Source: Hemiscyllium ocellatum (lineage: Eukaryota). Taken from it: 64,000 nt of DNA. Under the pieces are notes generated by a model, which saw nothing but the letters and a program-made list of their open reading frames with translations, was not told the origin of the DNA and made no database searches. Within the stretch, counting starts at the first letter, position 1, and each line of letters starts with the position of its first letter. The translations under genes and the position numbers were made by a program. Shown one piece after another: positions 10,679 to 22,400 of this stretch. Where the stretch lies: contig NC_083409.1 of NCBI RefSeq assembly GCF_020745735.1, forward strand, positions 9,661,534 to 9,725,533, written 5' to 3'.

Positions 10679-13365
10679 ATCAAAGATCGCTGAGTCCAGA
10701 TGGGCAGAAATCCAACTTGCTCAGCGAACTGTCTGCATCAGATCGAAACAAGTCGGCAGTCTTCGATAGTCGACCTGATGACTCCTCGAAGAGTCCCTCT
10801 CCAGTTTTCAAGTGCTATTTGAAATCTAGACCTGACTTTGTTGAAGGGCTGGATAACGTGGCAGGAGTGCTTAAATATAGTCGTATGCCAGATCAGTTGG
10901 CATTTAGGCCAGAGGATGGTGCTGGTGATGTAAGTGTTGTGTCCAATCATCAACCTGTGCAAGATGATACCCAGGAGGAACTTGGTCATCTAAAATCAGA
11001 AGACTCTGATGTCGAGGATGTAGATTTAGATTTAGACTTAGATTACTTAAGTCTAAATGTAAATCTACATCCTCGACATCAGAGTCTTCTGATTTTAGAT
11101 GACCAAGTTCCTCCTGGGTATCATCTTGCACAGGTTGATGATTGGACACAACACTTACATCACCAGCACCATCCTCTGGCCTAAATGCCAACTGATCTGG
11201 CATACGACTATATTTAAGCACTCCTGCCACGTTATCCAGCCCTTCAACAAAGTCAGGTCTAGATTTCAAATAGCACTTGAAAACTGGAGAGGGACTCTTC
11301 GAGGAGTCATCAGGTCGACTATCGAAGACTGCCGACTTGTTTCGATCTGATGCAGACAGTTCGCTGAGCAAGTTGGATTTCTGCCCATCTGATGTCGAGG
11401 ATGTACTAGGCTTTTCTTAGCAATCTGATCAGTCTGAACCCTTGCTGAAATTAGACCTTGAGAAACTGCAGCACATCAATGTCCCTGAGCGTATCAAGGA
11501 ATCAACTCCACTAAACAGAGTCCTATCTGATGACACAGAACAGCCTGAGCTTGTTGAAAAGACATTTTGAGGACTTGAAGGATGAAGGATATTACTTGCA
11601 CAAGGACGGCTATCCTGATGAGGTGGATAGTGCAAGTGATCATTCAGCCAGTTCTGTGAAGATTGTCAGATCAGTTAAGTCGGGCACCTCCATTGCATCT
11701 GCACTATCTCACTGAGGCCCAAGAGCTCTCCTGTCCTGAGCATTTAAGCAGGAGGGAATGAATGAAGGGGAGAAGCTTTCTCGAAGTGTTTCACCAAGTA
11801 TCAGTGTGGATGATGAAATCAGTGAGCGGCTGGGTGAGAAATACTCTCCCAGCTGTGGTAGCGTACATTCAGAACAACTTGTAGACTTGAAATCACCAAC
11901 TGAAAAGAGCAAAGTGATGCCAGTAATGAGGAACATGCTCCCATGCCATCACACTCTCCCTTTCCGTGTCGCACCCCAACAGCCATGTTGCCTGAAACTG
12001 ATGAGCTGCCTGAATCCCAAATTGGTGCAAGAATTTTATTTAGTAGCATCCAACCAGTGACACTTCACTTTAAGGGCAGAACTAGCTTCGCCAATGGCTT
12101 TTGGGCTGTGTGGAGCTGGATAAGCCAGAAGGCAGTCATAATGGGACATATGATGAAGTTGAATACTTCACATGCAAGGACAAATGTGGCATCTTTGCTC
12201 CTTCCCACGAGATTTCCGTTTGACCTGAACATTATGGGGATGGCATCGATACAACTGAAGATGAAAGGGACCTACTTGTGGAGGACAAATTAGTTCAAAA
12301 CTGCAAAACGCGTTGTGACGAAGGAAAAAAGCCAGAGCTTTCAAAAGATGTAACAGAATGGCAGGCGGAAGAGTTTGAGCTCAGTAAGACTTTGAGCTCA
12401 GTTCATTTAAAAACAGCTTGAATGATCAAAATGCAAGTAATCAGTTTTCTGAACCAAGTGCCTTTGACTTACTGCACATTATTAATGAATCTAGCAAGGC
12501 AGTGGTAACTTTTGGAGATGACCAAAATTTAAGAGAGCTTGCCCAAGTCTGGTGAGGAGGAATGATTGCCAAACTTGAGTGAAGACCAGAATGTTCATAG
12601 AGAAGGCATCCAAGGCAGTACTGGAGACAGAAACCGAAATCAATACCAATGTGCCTGTGTGTTCTTCCAGTGCACAAAGGGAGGAGTTTTCACTAAACAT
12701 CCACAAGAACGCTTCAACTTCTCTATTGGATTTACTGAAAAGGGAAAAGCTCCATTTAAAGTACCATTCCTCGAGCCTGAATCTGAGGAAATCCATGAGG
12801 AGCACGTGGACATCAAAGGAGAGGATCTCAAGGACAATTGTGAGGATAGTGAAGACCTTAAAGGAGATGATCGGAAGAGCAGTGACTCAAAGGCCAATTC
12901 TTTGGTTGATATGTTGCCATCTTCCTTTGTGAAGGATGCTATTGAACAATTGGAAGAAATCGTGGAAGTCTCAAGCTGAGAAGGTCCAACTTACTAATCA
13001 AGGATTACAGTTCAAATTGGATTTTGAATCCTCGCCCAAGCCACCTTCCAAGGATCCAAAGGAGGAACACAAGACTGTTATCCAGTTGAAGACATCTGAA
13101 AGAGATAACAGTGTTGATGTTAAGGAGGAAGTATTATCTCCAGATCTTTGTCCCCAACCTGTAAGGATTAATTTTGAACCTGTTTTGGGATGGATTTGAA
13201 TTTCAAGAATTGGTGATGTGTTATTGGTCTCGAAGCATTGATTCAATTGTTTTATTAATGATTCCAGAGCTTCTTAAATTCCCACATTTAAACATGCAGG
13301 TAGACAATCCTTTATATGAAATCACGAAATCTGAAAAGCTCCGAAATCTGAAGTTTTTGTTGTGA
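10679..13365 (+). pseudogene. Long Ser/Glu/Asp-rich exon of an unidentified gene, disabled and split by a fold-back duplication
   Basis: Acceptor ttatatttgttacAG (10677-78), then DQRSLSPDGQKSNLLSE..DSDVEDV. After the palindrome the frame resumes (DVEDVLGFS*QSDQSEPLLKLDLEKLQHINVPERIKE..). Further low-complexity acidic frames run to ~13.3 kb with stops and frameshifts. No recognisable domain. Confidence 0.45.
10697..11391. repeat. 695-bp near-perfect palindrome (344-bp arms, 7-nt loop)
   Basis: 10697-11040 is the reverse complement of 11048-11391. ORFs 10738-10989(-) and 11099-11350(+) translate identically. One mismatch is visible near the centre. Confidence 0.95.
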
Positions 13366-13560
13366 AGTTATTTTTTGTCTCATTAACAAGGTGGTTTGGG
13401 GTGTAGATGGTTAACCCAACTCCACACCAATCGACCCACATCACACTGAGGGTGTGGCCCAGCACTGGCAGGCGTCAGTTCTGTCTCAGGGCTCGCTTTC
13501 ACAGGTGGGTCTGCTGTTCAGTAAGAGTTTTAAACATTTTACTGTTGAACTGTCACTTAC

Positions 13561-16500
13561 TCTGAAAACGAAAGAATTCCGAATTCTGCAAACCAGCTGG
13601 TCCTGAGGGTTTCGAATAAAGGATTGTGTCCCTGTCGTACCAACAACAGGATGGTGGACCAACGACAGGATTGTTGTTGTTTTCCGAACAACATGTCAAA
13701 ATACAACTCCACTTTCTTCAGGCACATTTTGCAGGTCATCATTTTCAGAAATTACCCCGAGTGTTCCGCTTTCCCAAGGAACCTTTACCAAAAGACTGTT
13801 GTGAGGAATATCTTGATAAATTGTTAAATATATTTGTGGGTGATAAAATCAACCTGAGGGAATGTACTTAAAATTTCTGGTGTTTCGGTGTTTTCTACCT
13901 TGCCCATCAATTCTCAAAATATGTATAAGTATGCCCGATTATTTCTCAAGGATTTTGTGACCATTTCTACTGTGTAATTATTGAGTTTAGAACTGAAAGA
14001 TTGCTATTGAAATTCAAATCTTTTCTTCCTGCACTTTTCTGTCCTTCCCTCAAAGGGAGGCAGTGTTTTTAAAGAGGTTTATTTTAAACTACGTTTTGAA
14101 TCATGCTTTTCAACCTCTGGCTAAATCAGTTCACACACAGTTTTTCCAGCGTAGTGTTCTGAAGCGAAGTCCTGAGCCTGAATGACCATCTGATGAGAAG
14201 AACAGAAGGGTTTCTGGTTTGCACATATTAACATTGATTGGACAAGCAACTCTTTCATAAAAGTGCTTGACAAATTCTCATACTGTCCATTCCTTTCTGA
14301 GCATTCAGTGTAGGAAATCGCTGAAATAGGAGCCTCCACTTTGATTTGATACAGCAACATCCTGACTAAACTGACACATTCTTTTCTAATTTGCGTTTAC
14401 CTACAAATTACAGGAATATAAAAGGGGTGCAGCAGTCAACTGGAAGTGATCTGATTTTGGAAAGCTGAAGCTCAGAACATTCAATCTGAACTCGTTCATT
14501 CCCCTAAGTATAATAAATAGAAAGATGTAGAGAGTGTGAGCAGAAGAGGTTTTTGTGAGGTGTGATTCAGCTTTTGCATTTGAACACAAAATTATTTTCC
14601 CTTAGTTAAACAAGAAAGGTATGGGTTAATAGTGCTCCACAGCAGCTCTGATTGGTGATATGTATAACAGAGCATGTTAAAAACATTATCTCAATCCTGA
14701 TGACTGCATTGAATTCAATTTACCATTTTGCCCCTTCCCTAAAAATCCAAAGCCCCTTTCTCCTCCACTGTTTGTACTCTCCCATTGTTAATTTATCATC
14801 CTCATCATCATCATATTGTTATCCATTAAATTCCATCTGTCATAACGTTGCTCACTCTGAGAATCTATAGTTTCTGCTTCTATTTACATCATATATGCTG
14901 TCTCTTCCAGTCACTCAGTATTTGTTTCAAGTTCTTCTGTATCATTTTTGTCTTTCTGTTGCTGTTTCCATTTTTAATAAGACAATGTGATTCTTATTCA
15001 CCTCCTTATAACTCTCGAGAATCATGACCTTCCACATGTCACTCCATAATTTTCAGATGAAGAGTGCCTCATAGGTTGAACTTCTCAATCTGTGATCATG
15101 TCTGTACCTCTTTTCCTGATAACATCTTGAGAATATGCACGATGTTGAGATTCCCAAAATTGACCAAAATATTTGAAGATTTTATGCGACTGTCATGGAA
15201 ATTAAATTGACTTGACTCAACTATTAGCAAGAGCAAAGAAAGGAGCTTTATTTAAATTCTGCAGAACTGACCCAGTACATTCAGCTAGATGCCTCAATGT
15301 AAGGGGTGTCTGAGCATTGTTCAGATGCTTGCCTTATACTGTTTCTTATCACGCTCTCAAGGGCAAAGACTGGGGAAAACTCAAATTGTTATTCTCTCAT
15401 CCCCTGGTCTTGGACATGACCGTTCTTCAGCTTTCGCTGAGTACGACTATCGCAAGCTCAAGTTGAATGTTTACAAAATTCAAACAGCTGACTGCAGGCC
15501 TCATCAAAGTATTGTTTACAAAGCTCAGCACAGCATTAAATTTTAGAAAAGCATTCTCTTTCAAATTTCATAGTAAATGGATAATTTTCCATTTCACAAC
15601 TTAATGTGACTTCAGTTGTTTGTGTCCAATTTGAAGAGCCAGGTGTTTTTTAATGGCCATATCTATCACCTTAAATAGCCTGTATGTTTGAATACTTTGT
15701 GGCCTTTACTGTAATCGGATTAGGATCTTACCATTTCAGGTGTAATTCTTTTTCTTATCCACTCAATGTATGACTTCATCTCCCTCTCAACTTCAATTCC
15801 ATCTTCCGGTAAATATTCCACTGTATCTGTCACTGCACGACAATTCCATCTCTGTCCCTTCAACCCAAGTCGGAATCATTTAGTTTCCTTCTCTTAAATT
15901 TCCAAGTCAAGATTGTGTTTATTACTATAACAATTAAGGGCGATCTGAGCATGAGCTCCTGTGGGCCCCTTCCATTCTCCACACCTTTCTAGTGTGAAAT
16001 CCTTATTTTACCCTGACCTGCATTTTCCCACCCACCTCTATCCATTTGACTGTGCTCCCCTTCGTTTGAAGAGCCCTTGAGTTTTGCCATTGGTCTTCTC
16101 AGAGGCAACTATTTCTGAAAATCCATGTCAATCATGTACAATTTTTCCCACTAATCTGCTCTTTTATTAATACAACCTTGTCAAAATGTTTGATAGTTCA
16201 CAACCTGCTCATTAGAAATTCATGCTCATTTCTCCTGATTAGCTACGGTCACTTCGACTGCTCGTACTTCACTCCATACTGTTCACTCTTAATTTACCAA
16301 CAAATGAAGCAAAACTAACTAATTACAAAATTCCTGTTTTGCTTTTATTGAACGAGGAGTTAGCTGCCCTCCAATCCTCTAGTCAAATTTTAGGAGGTAA
16401 TAATTAGAGCCTTGGTAGTTGGCTTTCTATTTCCAGCATGTCCCACAGATGTTGTTTCAAAGATTTGCCTCCTTTTATGTTGTGGTACATTCCTCAGTAT

Positions 16501-17035
16501 TATGCAGGAAATCTTGTCTAATACATCTACACCTACCCTTGGTCGTTCTGCAATCCTTTTAAACCCCTTCTCTGATCTCTCTTTTGCCTTTCCTCCTGCA
16601 ATCAATGATATTCTAAATTTATCCTTGGTTCAGATCGTGGAGCAAACTGTTGTTATTTTATGTATTTTGAACAGTATTCCCTTTTGTTTTCACTGTAGCA
16701 ATCTAACAAGCTATTTTTGGGGGGGGGAGGGGGGAGGGAGAGGACGTATCTAATAAAGTCTTTTTCTCTGTGACTCGTTTTCTTCTTCCAGCTTGTATTT
16801 AACATGACGAGAGAAATTTTCGCTGCAATGTTTTCTGAAGACCCCAGTTCCAGCCAAGCCCCATGGATGAAGCCAAGCTGAATTAGCTCTGCTTTCTTCA
16901 AACGAGCGAGGAATTTTAATGAAGTGAAGGTAATAACTCCCATGTAATCCCTTTGTCCTAATTGTCAGTAATAATGTTGCAAGTGTGATGCTGGTTGGAG
17001 TTAAAATATGTAGATTGATTAAGTGAGTGACTCAC
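13561..17035 (-). pseudogene. Possible minus-strand exon relics of an unidentified gene
   Basis: A 78-nt intron-like segment 17035-16958 has GTGAGT, a TACTGAC branch point and AG, and precedes an open stretch (YMGVITFTSLKFLARLKKAELIQLG..). An acceptor near 13857 and donor GTAAGT at 13560-13555 bound another segment. No protein identity. Confidence 0.25.
15191..15596. mobile_element. Solo-LTR-like repeat, copy 1
   Basis: Homologous along its length to 36813-37229. Termini are TGTCATGGAAATT...AATTTTCCATTTCA. TSD not clear. Confidence 0.55.
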
Positions 17036-17402
17036 CACGATCCTGACTTGAAAATCTGTCACTGCTCCTGGGAAGTACGTCCCTAATGAGATTGTGGGTC
17101 GAGCTCAGCACCATCTTCTCAAGGAAATCTTGGAAGGGGCAATAAGTGCTGGTCCAACAACGAACAAACAAAAGAAAATATTTTCTTCTAATCTCATTGA
17201 GCATCAAGTAACTCCATTTTAATTCTAAACTCCTCAATAAACATTTTTTTAAATGACACTCAGGCTCTGGGCAGAGCAGCTGGCCAGCATTTATTGACTG
17301 ATCCTCGTTGCTTTTGAGAACCTGGTGAGCTATCTTTTCTAACCACTGCAGTCCATGTGCTGGAGGTAGACTCACAATGCCCTTAGTGGTCAGATGCATG
17401 GC

Positions 17403-18225
17403 AGATGCAGTTTAATGTGGATAAATGTATGGTTATCCACTTTGGTGGCAAGAACAGGAAGGCAGATTACTACCTAAATGGAATCAATTTAGGTAAAGGG
17501 GCAGTACAAAGAGATCTGGATGTTTTTGTACACCAGTCAATGAAGGTAAGCATGCAGGTACAACAGGTAGTGAAGAAGGCTAATAGCATGCTGGCCTTCA
17601 TAACAAGAGGGATTGAGTATAGAAGCAAAAAGGTTCTTCTGCAGCTGTACAGGGCCCTGGTGAGACCACACCTGGAGTACTGTGTGCAGTTCTGGTCTCC
17701 AAATTTGAGAAAAGACATTGTGGCTATTGAGGGAGTGCAGCGTAGGTTCACGAGGTCAATTCCTGGAATGGCAGGATGACCTTAAGCTGAAAGACTGGAG
17801 TGACTGGGCTTGTATACCCTTGAGTTTAGAACGCTGAGAGGGGATCTGATTGAGTCATATAAGATTATCAAAGGATTGGACACTCTGGAGGCAGGAAACA
17901 TGTTTCCGCTGATGGGTGAGCACCGAACCAGAGGACACAGCTTAAAAATACGGGGTAGACCATTTAGGACAGAGATGAGGAGAAACTTCTTCACCCAGAG
18001 CGTGGTGGCTGTGTGGAATGCTCTGCCCCAGAGGGTAGTGGAGTTCCCGTCTCTGAATTCATTTAAGAAAGAGTTGGATAGAGCTCTCAAGGATAGTGGA
18101 ATCAAGGGTTATGGAGATAAGACAGGAACAAGATACTGATTAAGGATGATCAGCCATGATCATATTGAATGGTGGTGCAGGCTCGAAGGGCAGAATGGCC
18201 TACTCCTGCACCTATTGTCTATTCC
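17403..18225 (+). mobile_element. Young CR1-type LINE 3' fragment
   Basis: ORFs 17405-17779 and 17810-18139 are nearly intact CR1 RT C-terminal peptides (LYRALVRPHLEYCVQFWSP, RRNFFTQSVVAVWNALP). The 3' UTR ends attgtctatt. Confidence 0.9.
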
Positions 18226-18359
18226 TGAAATTTGATACAGGAATCCTGCAGAAATAGTGGTATTTTTCGAAGTCAAGATGGTGAGTGGCTTGGAGGGGCA
18301 CTTGCAGGTGACAGTCCTGTGTTTCTAGTCTCGCCTTTATGCCCTACAGTTTTAGAGTT

Positions 18360-19420
18360 CCTACACCTGTTAAAAGACTTGTCTATTTACCCTATCCATG
18401 CCCCTCATGATTTTATAAAATCTTTGCACAGTCACCCCTCAGTCCCCTTTGCTCCAGGGAAAATAGCCCCAACCAATTCATCCTCTTCCTATAGCAGATA
18501 ACTCCCAACCCTGACAACATCCTTGTAAATCTTTTCATAACCCTTTCAAGATTCATAACAACCTTCCGAGAGCAGGGAGTCCAGAATTGCACGGAGTATT
18601 CTAAAAGAGGCCGAATCAGTGTCCTGTACAGCCGCAACATGACTTCCCAACTCCTATACTCAATGCTCTGATCAATAAAGGCAAACATACCAAACACCAC
18701 CTTCACTATCCTGTTAACTTGCCACTCCACTTTCAAGGAACTATGAACCTGCACTTCAAAGTCTCTTTGCTCAGCAACACTCCCCAGTGCTTTATCGAGT
18801 GTATAAGTCCTGACCTGATTTGCCTTTCCAAAATGCAGCACCTCACCTTTATCTGAATTAAACTTCATCTGCCACTCCTCAGCCCATCTGTTGGAGATCC
18901 TCTTGTATTCTGAACCTTCTTCACTGTCCACTGCACCTCCAATTTTGGTGTCATCTCCAAACATACTAACCATAGTATGTGGAGAAAGTGAGGACTGCAG
19001 ATGCTGGAGATCAGAGCTGAAAAATGTGTCGCTGGAAAAGCGCAGCAGGTCAGGCAGCATCCAAGGAGCAGGAGAATCGGCGTATTGGGCATAAGCCCTT
19101 CTTCAGGAATGCAGAGGGTGTGCCAAGCAGGCTAAGATAAAAGGTAGGGAGGAGGGACTTGGGGGAACGTTGGGAATGAGATAGGTGGAAGGAGGTTAAG
19201 GTGTGGGTGATAGGCCGGAGAGGGGGTGGAGGCGGAGAGGTCGGACGAAGATTGCAGGTCAAGAAGGCGGTGCTGAGTCTGAGCATTGGGACTGAGATGA
19301 GGTGGGGGGAGGGGAACCATACTATGTTCCATGTTCACATCCAAATCATTTATGTAAATGACGAAAAGCAGTGAACCCAGCACCGATCCATGTGGCCACC
19401 ACTGGTCACAGGCCTCCTAC
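18360..19420 (-). mobile_element. CR1-type LINE fragment interrupted by a PLE-derived insertion
   Basis: Minus-strand RT peptide (MFGDDTKIGG..EWQMKFNSDK..LYRTLIRPLLEYSVQFW). The CR1 text resumes at 19315. Confidence 0.85.
18981..19314 (-). mobile_element. Penelope-derived short insertion with hammerhead motif and 13-bp TSD
   Basis: Minus strand carries ctgaagaagggcttatgccc..acgccgattctcctgctc. Flanked by AACCATAGTATGT (18968-80) and AACCATACTATGT (19315-27). Confidence 0.75.
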
Positions 19421-19429
19421 TGGAGATGG

Positions 19430-22400
19430 TCATTGACTGGCAGTTTTGGTGCAAAAATCACTTGCCTCTTGCCATCCAAACCTACATATTGTGTAGATCT
19501 TGTTGCCTTTGAACATAGACTGCTTCAGTATCTGAGGAGTTATGAACGTTACTGAATATTGTGCAATCTCTCTCTCTCTTTTCTCTCTCTCTCACTCTCA
19601 CACACACATATTTCTGATGAGATTTCTTCCCATAACTCCTGATTCCAAATTTCCTTGACACTCACCATGTCCCCCAAGGCATTCCCTCTCTGCAGATGAT
19701 ATATGGTACTAACTGAAAGACCGCCCTCACATCGGAGCACTCTTCATTCTATATCCAACTTGTAGGGCCGGGTCAAGAACGTAGTCTTCCTAACCTGGAA
19801 ATATCAGAAAACCTCCCTCTTAGGGATTCCATATTTCTGACCTAATTGGCTAAAGGACATCAAGATCCCTCCCTCAAATAAACCTCCCAGACAGGGGATT
19901 TCTTTCTGTGTCTATGCTCTGACGCTGGAGTCCTTTGATACCAGCCTAAATCCTAGGGCTCCCACTAACTGGGTGAATGGCAAATTGCCCCCACCCTGCT
20001 GCATTATCCTCCATGCTTTACTGTATTTATGATAATCAGACTTTCACAATGCGCACATACTGATCTCATCTTATCCATGAACAGCAAGTTTCTAAAGGGA
20101 CATCTCACCTGCGAGGCCTCTGCATCAAGCCACATCGACTTTGAGTCATTACGTACCCATTCACCTACATATAGCAACAGGGTGCCGATTTGATATCTCT
20201 TCAGATTTGGGAGGTCCACCACGTCCCCCATATCCAGCGGAAGTTGAAACTTGGTAAATTTAATGAAGCTGTGCCAACAGCGCCAAATAAACGACCCAAG
20301 CCATCCCACAAACCTCCGCAGCACCTGGTTGGGTAATAACAACGGGAGCATCCTCACAGGATGTAACAACCAAGGAACAACATTCACTTTAATCAAGGCT
20401 ATACGGCTGAGCCATGATCTGGGTATTCCCTCCCATCACTGCAAGTCCTGCTTTATCCTCTCAAACAGTGACACAAGGTTAGCTCCATACAGTTGCGGGA
20501 AGTGAGGGGTAATAAAAATTCCCAGATAGGGAAAACCTTTCTGTGACCATCTAAAAGGAAACACCATTCCGTCCTCCAGCTTCAGTACCTGCACCAATCT
20601 CCCACAGGCAGGACTTCCAATCTTGGAAAATTTATTCTGTATCGCAAAATGCTGCCTAATAATTTAATGTTTTGTATTAGCTGGGGTATGGACTTTTCAG
20701 GGTTAGCTAAAAACAGTAGGACATTGTCTATATAGAGAGTGATTTATATTTCCCCCAATCCCACCTTTGGGGAAAGAAAATTTCAGGGTCTTTTCAGACA
20801 GTCCCTGCTAGTGGTTCAAGTACCAAGGTAAACAGAAGGGGCAACAGGGGACATCCCTGTCGGCTGCCCCTCCCAACACCAAAATTACTCAATTTAACCC
20901 CATTCGTGATAACCACCACCTTGGGGTCTTTATATAACACTGCCACCCATCTGGTGAAGGCCCATCCCACACCGAAATGATCTGGAACAGCAAAGAGATA
21001 CGACCATTCCACCCGATCAAAAGCCATTTCTGCCTCCAGGGAGATCACCAAACCCGGAATCATTCTCTGCTGACATAGTTGCACTGTGTTCAATGCCCGC
21101 CTGATGATGATAGAGGAGCTGTGGAGGATCTGCTCCTCTTTTATATTAACAGGCAGCACCTTCTCCAGGCTCAGAGCTAACACCTTTGATTAGAATTTTA
21201 AAATCCACATTCAACAACGAGATGGGTCTATACAATGCACAATCCTCAGGGTCTTTCCCTTTCTTTAAAATAAGGGAAATATTAGCCTCTGTAAGAGAGG
21301 GCGGAAGACAGTCCTGGCTATACGAATGACTTTACAGCTCCAGCACTGGTTCAGCTGACATGTGCCTGAGCTCCTTGTAAAATCTGCATGGGAATCTGTC
21401 CATGTTGGACCTGCCTTACCGCCTCTTGCATCTCCTGTACTGTCAGAGGTACATTTAAAAGGGAGGTCTGATCTGCATTTATACCAGTGATATCCAAGTT
21501 TTCAAAACAGGATTCCATTCTCACTTCTCCATCCCCATAGCCCTCTGACCGGTATAATTCTGCATAGTACTCCCGAAATCTGGCATCGATCTTCCTCAGT
21601 TCACGAGTGACATTGCCAGTTCTCTCCCTGATAAACACAATGGACTGTGGTGCACTTTCCTTCCTAGCCAGTTAGGCCAGGGATCTACCTGGCTTATCCC
21701 CATATTCAAACAGCCTTTGCTTTGCAAAGGAGACCCCTCTCTTTGCCACTTGTGTGAGCGCTGAGTCCAGAGCAGCCCGGAGAGCCATGACCCGTTGCAA
21801 TTTGACCCCGAGTGGTCTGGGATAATGTGCCGATTTGGCTGCCTTCAGCCGGGCCTCAAGTATCAGCTGCTGCTATCCTCTCTGCCTCCTCCTCATTGTC
21901 ATGTGTGAAATAATCAAACCCCTTAAGAATGCTTTGGTGGTCTCCCAGAGCACTGTTGAATTAATGGCCATATCCAGATTAATGTCCCAAAAAAACCCTG
22001 TACTCCCTTGTGATACGCAGCACAAAGTTGTCATCCTTCAACAGAAACGGATTCATGCGACATTGTTGTGTGTCTACTCCACCACCTTTGGTCTTAACAT
22101 CTAAATATACTGCCACATGGTCCAAAATAGTAATGCTCTCAATCCTGCGGTTAACACCAAGTCCAAACAAACCGATGGGACAAAGAACATTTCAGTTCTT
22201 GTGTGGGTTGGAATAAAAGGTAAAGTCCCTCCCATTAGAGTAGAGACACTTCCACACATCCGCTAGCCCCAACTCCTCACACAAGTCCACTAACTGTCTA
22301 GTCTGCAGAGGTGTACCCAACAGCCCTCTTGGCATCCTGTCCACCCCAGGGTCCCTGAGACAATTAAAGTCTCCTCCTATAATCATACGGCGCATCCCAA

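Noticed and set aside
10660-11371. Twin ORFs on opposite strands encoding near-identical proteins
   Set aside because: A consequence of the palindrome rather than two genes.
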